From an uncultured Acidimicrobiia bacterium (lineage in GTDB: Bacteria > Actinomycetota > Acidimicrobiia > Spongiisociales > ZC4RG35), in assembly GCA_963790345.1 (NCBI GenBank), contig CAWBOD010000012.1:148188-212187 (forward strand): a stretch of 64,000 bases of DNA. Direction: 5' to 3'. The notes under the pieces were generated by a model. It was not told the DNA's origin and did no database searches. It was given only the letters and a program-made list of their open reading frames with translations. Below are positions 19,804 through 28,047 of the stretch, piece after piece (the stretch's first letter is position 1; the number at the start of each line of letters is the position of its first letter). Position numbers and translations under genes: made by a program.

Positions 19804-20477
19804 TCGTCGAGGATTTCGGCGGTGCGAGTCGCCCCCACCCTGGTGACGCCGACCGACCTCACCTCCAGCAGTCCATCAAGGCTCCGCACCCCTCCGGCCG
19901 CTTTGATCTGTATCGCCTCCGAGACCGAGGCCCTCATCAGTTTCAGATCCTCGATCGTGGCCCCCGTCGGGGCGAAGCCGGTCGAGGTCTTGACGAAGTC
20001 GGCCCCGGCGGACTCGGTCAGCTTGGAGCCTCGCACTTTCTGGTCATCGGTCAGGTAGGAGTTCTCGAGAATGACCTTCACCAACGCCTTGCCCCCGGCC
20101 GCCGCGACCACGGCCCTGATCTCGTCTTCAACTCGACGGTCCTCGCCCGATCGCAGCCAGCCGATATTGATCACCATGTCGAGTTCCGTGGCTCCGTCCG
20201 CCAGAGCTCGCTCGGCCTCGAAGACCTTGGTCGCGGTCGTATGTGATCCATGTGGGAATCCAACTACCGTTCCGACTTCCACTTCAGAGCTCCTCAAGAG
20301 TTCGGCGGCCAGAGCAACGTCCGCCGGACGGACACATACCGAAGCGACGAGATATCGGGATGCCAGTTCACAACCCTTCTCGACGTCGGTAAGGGTTAGC
20401 TCCGGACGAAGCAGCGAATGGTCGATCATCTTTGCGACCTGTTCGTACGTGACATCCTCAGGACCGAGCATTGGCAT
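19779..20477 (-). CDS. deoC: Deoxyribose-phosphate aldolase
   Basis: IDHSLLRP, DMVINIG, LVKVILE and the Schiff-base segment FVKTSTGF. ATG at 20477 (MPMLGPEDV). The ORF-track start at 20564 is probably an overextension. It overlaps the kinase gene convergently by 25 nt. Confidence 0.8.
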   Translation of the reverse strand: MPMLGPEDVTYEQVAKMIDHSLLRPELTLTDVEKGCELASRYLVASVCVRPADVALAAELLRSSEVEVGTVVGFPHGSHTTATKVFEAERALADGATELDMVINIGWLRSGEDRRVEDEIRAVVAAAGGKALVKVILENSYLTDDQKVRGSKLTESAGADFVKTSTGFAPTGATIEDLKLMRASVSEAIQIKAAGGVRSLDGLLEVRSVGVTRVGATRTAEILDDYRARTSA

Positions 20478-20532
20478 GGCCAGATGATCGCGCGTAGGGG
20501 CCCGAATATCTATACCCGAATCTATACGGGTC

Positions 20533-21318
20533 TCACCCGACCTCGGTCGCCGACCAACCGCCATCCACCGCCAGGATCTGGCCGGTCACCATCCTCGATT
20601 CATCTGAAAGAAGGAAAACGGCCGCGGAGGCAATGTCGGCTGGACTGAGCAATCCTTCAGCCAAAGGCTGCTTACGACGGGCAAACTCGATTGTCTCCGG
20701 ATCAGCCGCGGCGCGGGCAGCCATCGGAGTGTCAACCAGGCCAGGGGCAATCGCGTTGAAGCGGATGCCGTGAGGGGCGTAGTAGCTGGCCGCCGCCCTC
20801 ACCAGCGAAATGGCCCCACCTTTGGCAGCCGCGTAGGCATGCGTCGCAAAGAACCTGGGCGAGGGGTCAAGGGCAAGAATGCTGGAGGTGAGGACGATCG
20901 AACCCGTCCCCGGCTCATCCAGCATGATTCGAACGGCCGCCCGGGCGGCATGAAACGCCGGCAGACCGTTTATGTCCATGGTGGTTCGCCACCCCTCGGT
21001 GCTCGCCTCGTGCAACGGACCGTCGCCGAATCGGCGGCCCGAACCGCCGGCGACAGCGAAGAGCCCATCGAGCCTCCCCAGGCGAGCACGAGCAAACGCA
21101 AATGCCTCCTCGGTAGCGGCGCCATCGGTGAGATCTACCGCTCTCCAATAGTTTTCGGCTCCCAGCGCCGTCAGCTCCGAGGCGAGGGCGAGGCATTCCG
21201 CTTCACTCATCGAAAAAATCTGGACCAGGGCTCCCTCTGCGGCGAAGCGGCGGGCCGACGCCGCGGCGATGCCGGACGAACCGGTCACCGCGACCACCTT
21301 CCCTACAAGGGACTGCAT
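20533..21318 (-). CDS. SDR-family oxidoreductase
   Basis: VAVTGSSGIAAA cofactor motif and YAAAK catalytic motif. 261 aa. Confidence 0.75.
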   Translation of the reverse strand: MQSLVGKVVAVTGSSGIAAASARRFAAEGALVQIFSMSEAECLALASELTALGAENYWRAVDLTDGAATEEAFAFARARLGRLDGLFAVAGGSGRRFGDGPLHEASTEGWRTTMDINGLPAFHAARAAVRIMLDEPGTGSIVLTSSILALDPSPRFFATHAYAAAKGGAISLVRAAASYYAPHGIRFNAIAPGLVDTPMAARAAADPETIEFARRKQPLAEGLLSPADIASAAVFLLSDESRMVTGQILAVDGGWSATEVG

Positions 21319-21399
21319 GCCCTGTTGATAACAGGTCGGCCCGGGGGTTTGACGTGCGGGACCACGGGGTACCGATCGCCCACAACCAAGGAGGTTCCG

Positions 21400-21996
21400 A
21401 TGACCGCCCCCCGAAGCGGTTCCGTATTAGAGCGCGGCACGATGCATGAGCGATTTGGAGGGGTTGATACGCCCTCTGCCATCGCCGGGATGTTCACGTC
21501 GCTGGGGGTGTTGCTCTTTCTGTCCAGCTTGATTGGAGCCTGGGCGGCGGATCTGGGCTATCGGCTCAACATGATGGAGCCGGACGGAGTCCTCCAGGAG
21601 TTCGAGATCGTGGCCTTCCTCGTGATGGCTGTGGTTGTGTTCGTTTCCTTCTTCGTAGGTGGCTGGGCCGCCGGACGAATGGCCAGGGTCGACGGTGGCA
21701 TCACGGCGATCGCTTCTGCGATGTGGATGCTGCTCGTGATTGTCGCCTTCGCCGCTGTCGGCGCCTTCATCGGTCAGGAGTTCAACGCTTTCGGCCAGGC
21801 CGGGCTACCCGACTGGATCTCTCAACTCGACTCCGATGACATCACGGTCGGCGCCGGGGTGGCGACGATCGTGACCATCTTGATCGTGTTCCTGGCCAGC
21901 TGGATCGGCGGCCGAGCGGGTGAGACCTACCACCGCACGGACGCACGGTTCACGACGACGGTGCCGAGATCCCCAGACGTTCGCGTCACGCATTGA
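21400..21996 (+). CDS. Integral membrane protein of unknown function (about 4 TM segments)
   Basis: ATG at 21400 lies 6 nt after AAGGAGG. There are four long hydrophobic stretches (FTSLGVLLFLSSLIGAW, IVAFLVMAVVVFVSFFVGGW, etc.). The upstream 630 nt of ORF 20770..21996 is antisense to the SDR gene. Confidence 0.6.
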   Translation: MTAPRSGSVLERGTMHERFGGVDTPSAIAGMFTSLGVLLFLSSLIGAWAADLGYRLNMMEPDGVLQEFEIVAFLVMAVVVFVSFFVGGWAAGRMARVDGGITAIASAMWMLLVIVAFAAVGAFIGQEFNAFGQAGLPDWISQLDSDDITVGAGVATIVTILIVFLASWIGGRAGETYHRTDARFTTTVPRSPDVRVTH

Positions 21997-22009
21997 GAAA
22001 GGAGCCGAA

Positions 22010-22069
22010 ATGTACATCGGACTTGGGACACTGATACTCATCATTCTCATCCTCATCCTCCTCTTCTGA
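22010..22069 (+). CDS. 19-aa hydrophobic micro-protein MYIGLGTLILIILILILLF
   Basis: ATG at 22010 follows AAAGGAG with 6-nt spacing, 13 nt after the previous stop, and is followed directly by a strong terminator. It is too short for the ORF track. Confidence 0.45.
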   Translation: MYIGLGTLILIILILILLF

Positions 22070-22087
22070 TCTCGGAGGACCCGTTTT

Positions 22088-22127
22088 GGCGCGAAAACCC
22101 CGCACCATGGTGCGGGGTTTTCGCGCC
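22088..22127. terminator. Bidirectional intrinsic terminator (perfect stem of about 18-19 bp)
   Basis: ggcgcgaaaaccccgcacc / ggtgcggggttttcgcgcc is palindromic around CATG. It sits between convergent genes ending at 22069(+) and 22165(-). A/T runs flank the GC core in both directions. Confidence 0.8.
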
Positions 22128-22164
22128 AGAACGGACGCCGGGCACCAATGATCAGGCACCTTGA

Positions 22165-23157
22165 TCAAGCTGGGGGACGAGAGCCCAGCACCAGGCGGAC
22201 CGCGTCGACCACGTCTTGGACGCCGGGAACAACATGGTCTTCGAGAACCGGACTGAACGGAATCGGGGCCGACCGTGCCCCAACCCTGACCACCGCCGCT
22301 TCCAGGTCCGTGAAAAGGTGCTCGTGGATCAACGAGGCGAGCTCGGCGCCGAATCCGCCGAATTTCCAGGCTTCATGTGCCACAACGGCGCGACGGGTCC
22401 GGGTAACGGAATCGAGAACCGTGGCAAGGTCGAGTGGGACCAGGGTGCGGAGGTCGATGATCTCAATCTCGATCCCTTCGGCGGCCAGGATCACCGCCGC
22501 CTCCTCGACATGAGACGTCATCACCGAATAGGTAATGACGGTGACATCCGACCCGTGACGGCGTACCAAGGCCTCGCCCAATGGCACACGGTGATCACCC
22601 TCCGGGACCGGGCCTCGTTTCGACGTGATTTTCTTGTTCTCCAAATAGACCACTGGATCGTCGTCGGCGATAGCGGACCGGAGGAGTCCCATGGCGTCGG
22701 CCGGATCGGCCGGAGCCACCACTTTCAGGCCGGGTAGATGAGTAAAGAGACCCTCGAGACTGGATGAGTGCTGGCCGGCCGACGACCTCAGGATGCCGTC
22801 CGAAGCCCGCAGCACCAGCGGGACCGAGACCTGGCCGCCGGACATGAAGCGGAACTTGGCCGCCTGGTTGGCGATCTCGTCCATCGCCCCCAGGGTGAAC
22901 TCCACAAAGCTCATCGACGCAACTGGTCTCAGCCCGGACAAGGCCGCCCCGACCGAGACCGACATGATCGCAGCCTCGGATATCGGCATGTCCAGCACCC
23001 GCTCGGGACCGAACTCGTCGAGGAGTCCCCGGAATTGCCCGAAGTTGCCTCCCCAGGAGATGTCTTCGCCAAGGACGATGACCGTTTCGTCCTCCCGCAT
23101 GGCGTAGCGGGTGGCTTCGACGGTGGCCTGGCCGAAGGTCAGGCGCCTCTCAGCCAC
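22165..23157 (-). CDS. 2-oxoacid/acetoin dehydrogenase E1 component, beta subunit (transketolase-like)
   Basis: GTG at 23157 overlaps the alpha-subunit stop by 8 nt. VIVLGEDISWGG, MPISEAAIMSVSVGAALSG and PVVYLENK are E1-beta motifs. The ORF-track start at 23391 is an overextension. Confidence 0.85.
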   Translation of the reverse strand: MAERRLTFGQATVEATRYAMREDETVIVLGEDISWGGNFGQFRGLLDEFGPERVLDMPISEAAIMSVSVGAALSGLRPVASMSFVEFTLGAMDEIANQAAKFRFMSGGQVSVPLVLRASDGILRSSAGQHSSSLEGLFTHLPGLKVVAPADPADAMGLLRSAIADDDPVVYLENKKITSKRGPVPEGDHRVPLGEALVRRHGSDVTVITYSVMTSHVEEAAVILAAEGIEIEIIDLRTLVPLDLATVLDSVTRTRRAVVAHEAWKFGGFGAELASLIHEHLFTDLEAAVVRVGARSAPIPFSPVLEDHVVPGVQDVVDAVRLVLGSRPPA

Positions 23158-24148
23158 GGGGGGCCCCCGACGTGAACACGAAATCGAGCGCGTCCGCGGG
23201 ATCCGGGGCCGGGCTATCCCGGGCGAACCGCTCAGCCTCTTCCACCTCGGTCTCGATTCTCGCCCACACCTCATTCCGCGAGGAATCCGACAGCCAGCCG
23301 AGATCGCGTAACGCGGTCTCGAGGCGGGCGATGGGGTCGTCCGATCTCTTGTGCTCGACCTCCTCCCGCTCGCGATACACCTCGGCGTCACCTACATAGT
23401 GACCGCCCCACCGGTAAGTCAACATGTTGAGAAGAGTCGGGCCCTCACCCGACCGGGCCCGGAGGACGGCCTTGGAGGTCGTGCGATACACCAGTGCCGC
23501 GTCGTTGCCATCGATGGAAAGACCGGGTATGCCATAGGCAGTCGCCCGCATCGCCAGATCTTCGACCGATGTGGTCTTGTGTCTTGCGGTGAACTGGGCG
23601 AACTGATTGTTCTCACACACGAAGACCACCGGAAGCTTGTGCACCGCGGCGAAGTTCAGGCTTTCGTGAAACGTTCCTTTGTTGATCCCCCCGTCACCGA
23701 AAAAGGCAACGGCCACCTGCCCACTCTTTCGGTAGCGCGCCGAAAGTCCGGCTCCGGCCGCGATACCGAGGCCCCCGCCGACGATGCCGTTGGCCCCGAG
23801 CATTCCCAGCGAGAAGTCGGCGACATGCATCGAACCGCCCCTCCCACGGCAGGCGCCCGCCTCCCGACCGAACAGCTCCGCCATTAGCCCAGCGAGGTCC
23901 ATGCCTTTGGCGATGGCATGTCCATGCCCCCTATGGGTAGACGTGATGAAGTCGTCCCCCTTCAGGGCACGGCACACGCCGGCGGCAATCGCTTCTTGTC
24001 CAAGATAGAGATGGACGAATCCGGGCAGTTCGCCGGCGAGAAAGAGCTTTTCGACCCGCGACTCGAACACCCGGATTGTGACCATGACCCGATGCATCTC
24101 GATTGCGTCCGATTCGGACACCCCGTTCAGGTCAACCGCGGTAGTCAT
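23150..24148 (-). CDS. 2-oxoacid/acetoin dehydrogenase E1 component, alpha subunit (TPP-binding)
   Basis: ATG at 24148 follows GAGGGAGG. It has the TPP motif GDGGINKGTFHESLNFAAVHKLPVVFVCENN and YRWGGHYVGD. Confidence 0.85.
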   Translation of the reverse strand: MTTAVDLNGVSESDAIEMHRVMVTIRVFESRVEKLFLAGELPGFVHLYLGQEAIAAGVCRALKGDDFITSTHRGHGHAIAKGMDLAGLMAELFGREAGACRGRGGSMHVADFSLGMLGANGIVGGGLGIAAGAGLSARYRKSGQVAVAFFGDGGINKGTFHESLNFAAVHKLPVVFVCENNQFAQFTARHKTTSVEDLAMRATAYGIPGLSIDGNDAALVYRTTSKAVLRARSGEGPTLLNMLTYRWGGHYVGDAEVYREREEVEHKRSDDPIARLETALRDLGWLSDSSRNEVWARIETEVEEAERFARDSPAPDPADALDFVFTSGAPRG

Positions 24149-24158
24149 AGGGCCTCCC

Positions 24159-24923
24159 TCATTGAACGACGTAACCCCCGTCAACGGCCAAAACCTGGCC
24201 GGTGACCATCGCCGCGGCTTCGCTGGCGAGGAAGAGGACCGGCCCCACCACGTCATGGGGCTCCCCCAATCGGCCGAGAGGAGTCCGGGTCAGAAAGAAC
24301 TCCTTGAGCTCGGGTTCCTTTTCCCATTGCAGGCGGACGAGGGGAGTGGCGATGTGGCCCGGTGCCACTGCGTTGACTCTGATGCCAAAGGGAGCCCACT
24401 CCACCGCCAGGCTTCTGGTCATCTGAACTACCCCGCCCTTGCTGGCCTGATATCCGACACTCCCGGGGAATCCGACGAGGCCCCCAATCGAAGCGATGTT
24501 CACGATCGATCCTGACCTCTGCCTAGCCATAACAGCGCCAGCGGCACGGGAAACATGGAAGGAACCGGTCAGGTTGACGGCGATCACGTCGTTCCAGAGC
24601 TTGTCTGGATAGTCCATCGCCGGCCCCCGGCCTCCGATCCCGGCGGCGTTCACCACCACGTCGACAGAACCCCTGAGCCGGCTGACCTCCTCGATCATCG
24701 CTTCGACCGCAGGTCGGTCTGTCACGTCGAGGGAGATCGGGAAGGCACGATCAGCGCCAATCGACGCAGCCACCGACTCGTTCGCGGCTGTCTCCCGGTC
24801 GACGCATGCGACGAAGGCACCGGCATCGGCCAAACCCCGTGCAATCACCTCACCGAGTCCGCGAGCGGCTCCCGTCACGATCGCGACCCGTCCGGCTAGA
24901 CCGAACAATTCTGTGAGGATCAC
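24159..24923 (-). CDS. SDR-family oxidoreductase
   Basis: GTG at 24923 overlaps the lipoyl-protein stop (GTGA). TGAARGLG and YQASKGG motifs are present. Confidence 0.8.
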   Translation of the reverse strand: MILTELFGLAGRVAIVTGAARGLGEVIARGLADAGAFVACVDRETAANESVAASIGADRAFPISLDVTDRPAVEAMIEEVSRLRGSVDVVVNAAGIGGRGPAMDYPDKLWNDVIAVNLTGSFHVSRAAGAVMARQRSGSIVNIASIGGLVGFPGSVGYQASKGGVVQMTRSLAVEWAPFGIRVNAVAPGHIATPLVRLQWEKEPELKEFFLTRTPLGRLGEPHDVVGPVLFLASEAAAMVTGQVLAVDGGYVVQ

Positions 24924-25159
24924 GGAACGATGTAACCGAGGATGGAGCCAACCGGCACCTCGTCATCCGAAGCCGGGACGACCACCTCCAGCGTGCCTGC
25001 CGCCGGCGCCGGAAGTTCCATCTGAGCCTTGTCGGTGTCGATCAGCACAACGTTGTCGCCCGCCGCCACCGACGACCCGTGGGGCTCGAGCCACTCGACG
25101 ATGACGATCGATTCCACAACCCCGAGCTGAGGGACGACGATTGGCACCGGGTCTGACAT
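24920..25159 (-). CDS. Free-standing lipoyl-attachment domain protein (79 aa)
   Basis: VVLIDTDKAQMELPAPAAGTLEVV matches the lipoyl-lysine motif (E/D)TDKA...P..G, not the biotinyl EAMKM motif. No E2 catalytic or subunit-binding domain follows. Confidence 0.75.
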   Translation of the reverse strand: MSDPVPIVVPQLGVVESIVIVEWLEPHGSSVAAGDNVVLIDTDKAQMELPAPAAGTLEVVVPASDDEVPVGSILGYIVP

Positions 25160-25161
25160 TG

Positions 25162-25833
25162 TCAGATGTGACCATGCCTCTCGAGGCCCAGTCGGGGCGA
25201 TGTCCCGGCCTGCATGTCGGCGCGAACCTGAGCCTCTGAGCTGGCGATTCCCTCTGCGACCTCGAGGACCCGGGCCGCCTCAGCTCCGGGTATGACCAGA
25301 ACACCGTCAAACTCTCCGAAAACGATGTCTCCCGGCTCGATCGTCACACCACCTATCTCCACAGGCTGCTGGGAGGAGATCATCTCCCATCGACCGATCC
25401 CGTTGAGAGGCGAGAGATCGCGGTAAAAGACCGGAAATCCGATTTGTCGCAATCCCTCGATGTCACGCAGGTTCCCATCCAGGACGATCCCGCGACACCC
25501 GCGTTGCTGGGCGGCGTTGGCGGTCAACTCGCCGAAGTGCCCAACATGACTGGAGTGGTTGACCGACACGAGCACGCTGTCGATCGGGAGCCGTTCAAAG
25601 ACCTCCAAATAGGATGTCATCCGCTCGATGCCCTGGGCCCATGGCACCGGAGGGTCTATCCCCCGCCCCTCCACCGTGAAGGCAACTCCCACCATTCGGT
25701 CGTCAGGGAACAGGGGCCGCAGGTAGGAGGGAAGCACTTTCTCCTCGAGACCCAATTGGTAGAGAGCGTCACAAACTGCGGGAAGGTAGAGCTGCCGCAA
25801 TCGCGAGCACAGCTCCTGGATTTGAATGGTCAT
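25162..25833 (-). CDS. RraA-family protein (4-hydroxy-4-methyl-2-oxoglutarate aldolase / oxaloacetate decarboxylase-like)
   Basis: ATG at 25833 overlaps the upstream stop (ATGA, 25830-25833). GELTANAAQQRGCRGIVLDGNLRD and DGVLVIP fit RraA/HMG-aldolase-like proteins. Confidence 0.7.
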   Translation of the reverse strand: MTIQIQELCSRLRQLYLPAVCDALYQLGLEEKVLPSYLRPLFPDDRMVGVAFTVEGRGIDPPVPWAQGIERMTSYLEVFERLPIDSVLVSVNHSSHVGHFGELTANAAQQRGCRGIVLDGNLRDIEGLRQIGFPVFYRDLSPLNGIGRWEMISSQQPVEIGGVTIEPGDIVFGEFDGVLVIPGAEAARVLEVAEGIASSEAQVRADMQAGTSPRLGLERHGHI

Positions 25834-26823
25834 GGCCGAGCCTCCAGTGGGACGGGCGGCTCCAATCGCCCGGATTCCAGCAAGCGGCGAAAGTCCTGGA
25901 TCGTTTCTGCGATGCCCTCTTGTAATGAGCGTTGGGTAACGCCCGGCATGGCCGCTTCCAGACGACGCCCGTCGATGTGCGACGGGAGGGGGAGCAGTGC
26001 CGATTCCCATGTCACCGATCCCGGTGGAAGGTTGCCGGCCTCCTCGATCATCGCAGCAACCTCGGACACGGAGGCGGTCGGCCCTGGCAAGTTGTAGACC
26101 TCGGCTCCACCCGCTTCGATACGCGCCGCTTGGACAAAACTGGCCGCAGCATCGCGGGCATGTTGATAGGTGGCGGTGCCACCAAAGCCGATGCCCCGGG
26201 GTCTCCCCGACGCGGCCGCCAGCATCGCCACCGTCGGGTCGGAGGTGATCCCCTGGTCGCGGCCAGGTCCGTAGATGACGCTGGGTCGTAGAGACACCGA
26301 CCCGATCCCCCAGTCATTCGCATAGATTCGCGCGCACTGCTCGTTGGCTTGTTTGTAGGCGCCGTACAAGGTCAAGGGTTTCTGAGGGGACAGGTCGTCT
26401 GCAACCCCTCCCGGATATTCGCTGGCGGGACCGAAGACGGCCACCGAACTGGCCAAGGATGTTCCACGGACTTGACCATCCGAGCGGCGCGACGCCTCGA
26501 GGACGTTTACGACCCCGGTGACGTTCACCTCGGATCCGAGGATCGGGTCCGCTCGACAGAACGGGACCTGGAGGGCGGCCAGGTGAACGATATGGGTGAT
26601 CGCCTCCTCCCGGATGACGTCGACAATGTCAGCCAGCTTGCGGATGTCACCCAGCCTTCAGCTTTACGCCATCGAGCGCCTCGTCAGACAAAAGGAGACG
26701 CAGTCGGCTGCGGTTCTCGGAAGAATCGAACCCGACGACGCCCACCCCCTCGTCCACGAGCAGTCGGACGGCCCAGGCACCGATACAGCCGGCTGACCCG
26801 GTGACCAGGAATCGTTCAGTCAT
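25830..26823 (-). pseudogene. NAD-dependent epimerase/dehydratase, frame disrupted at about 26650-26652
   Basis: ATG at 26823 gives MTERFLVTGSAGCIGAWAVRLLVDEG...DGVKLKAG then TGA. The +1 frame continues (G)DIRKLADIVDVIREEAITHIVHLAALQ... into ORF 25830..26528 (YGAYK catalytic motif). There is one extra g in a GGG run on the minus strand. Confidence 0.8.
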
Positions 26824-26889
26824 ACGAGGCCCATCGTGCCATTGCGGGGTGGATTCGGTGCGACGGCAGCGTCAAGGAAGTATCCGCGG

Positions 26890-27906
26890 TCACGAGGCTC
26901 CGTCTTCCGCACCGGTATGCATCATGATCTTGACCTCGCGTCGTTTGCCATCGGCCAGGGCCGCAAAGGCATCCGGCGTCTCTTCCATCGACACGGTAGG
27001 CCCAATCAGGTCGTCGATGTCCAGATCCCCGGTGGCAAGGTGGGCGGCCGCATCGTTGAAGGCCTGATCGGTGTAGGCAAAGGTGCCGACGATGTGGCGC
27101 TCGCCGACCACGATGTCGAACAGGGGAACGGTGATCTCTGGTCTCTCGAGCCCGACGAAGCAGGCCACTCCGCCCTTTCGAATGGCGGAGATTGCCATGC
27201 TGGCGGTTGGCGAGGCGCCGACCGCGTCGAAGGAACGGTCGAAATGTCCGAGCGGCACCTCTCCGGGTTCCATTGCTTCGAAGCCAGACCTTGAGCTCAG
27301 CTCGTTTCGTTCGGCAAACAAGTCGGAAACGACGATTCTGCTCGCTCCCGCCAGGCGGGCGGCCCGGGCGACGCATTGACCGATCATGCCTCCGCCGATT
27401 ACCAGCACCGCGTCCCCGGGCACCACGCCGGCCCTTCGCACCGCATGGACGCCGACTGCGACCGGCTCGATGGCAGCTCCGAACCTCATACTCGTTCCGT
27501 CAATGGGCACGACCCGGTTGGCCGGTACGACGACCGTATCCGCAAAGGCGCCGGCCAGATCCGGGGTAACGCCGATTACACGCAACCGGCTGCATTGATT
27601 CTCGACCTTGTGACCACAGCTGCCGTCACATGGAAGGGCCGGGTTGAACGTGACGGGCGCGCCACTGGCGAGGCCCGCCACGTCCGGTCCGATCTCGTCG
27701 ATCCAGCCGCTGGCCTCGTGCCCCATGATCATGCCGGCCACTCGTCGCCCCGACTCCCCCGTATAACCATGGAGATCGGAACCGCAGATCCCGGTATAGG
27801 CGACACGAATCCTGACGTCGCCAGCCCCGGGTTTCGGCAGCGGCCGACTCTCGATGTGGAATTGCCGAGGACCATCGAAAAGCAGCACGCGCATCATGTC
27901 TGACAT
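26890..27906 (-). CDS. Zinc-dependent alcohol/polyol dehydrogenase (MDR family, sorbitol/threonine-dehydrogenase-like)
   Basis: GICGSDLH zinc motif, GHEASG, and the structural-zinc Cys cluster region CDGSCGHKVENQC. ATG at 27906 follows GAGAAGGG. Confidence 0.8.
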   Translation of the reverse strand: MSDMMRVLLFDGPRQFHIESRPLPKPGAGDVRIRVAYTGICGSDLHGYTGESGRRVAGMIMGHEASGWIDEIGPDVAGLASGAPVTFNPALPCDGSCGHKVENQCSRLRVIGVTPDLAGAFADTVVVPANRVVPIDGTSMRFGAAIEPVAVGVHAVRRAGVVPGDAVLVIGGGMIGQCVARAARLAGASRIVVSDLFAERNELSSRSGFEAMEPGEVPLGHFDRSFDAVGASPTASMAISAIRKGGVACFVGLERPEITVPLFDIVVGERHIVGTFAYTDQAFNDAAAHLATGDLDIDDLIGPTVSMEETPDAFAALADGKRREVKIMMHTGAEDGAS

Positions 27907-28012
27907 AAAGGCTGCCCTTCTCTCGGCGAGGTCGGTGCCGGCGACGGTCGATCGGCCTGGTCCCATCTCGAGCGCGCCACCGTGACCGGACGTTCGGGGC
28001 GGATCCTAATGT

Positions 28013-28018
28013 TATAAA
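28013..28018 (+). promoter_or_regulatory. Putative -10 element (TGTTATAAA, extended -10-like) for the FAH gene
   Basis: An AT-rich island, aatgTTATAAAct, in GC-rich DNA 29 nt upstream of ATG 28048, followed by AGGAAGGA. It shares AATGTTATAA with the site at 46651 when read in gene orientation. Confidence 0.4.
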
Positions 28019-28047
28019 CTCTCCCGTCAACAGTCAGGAAGGACACC

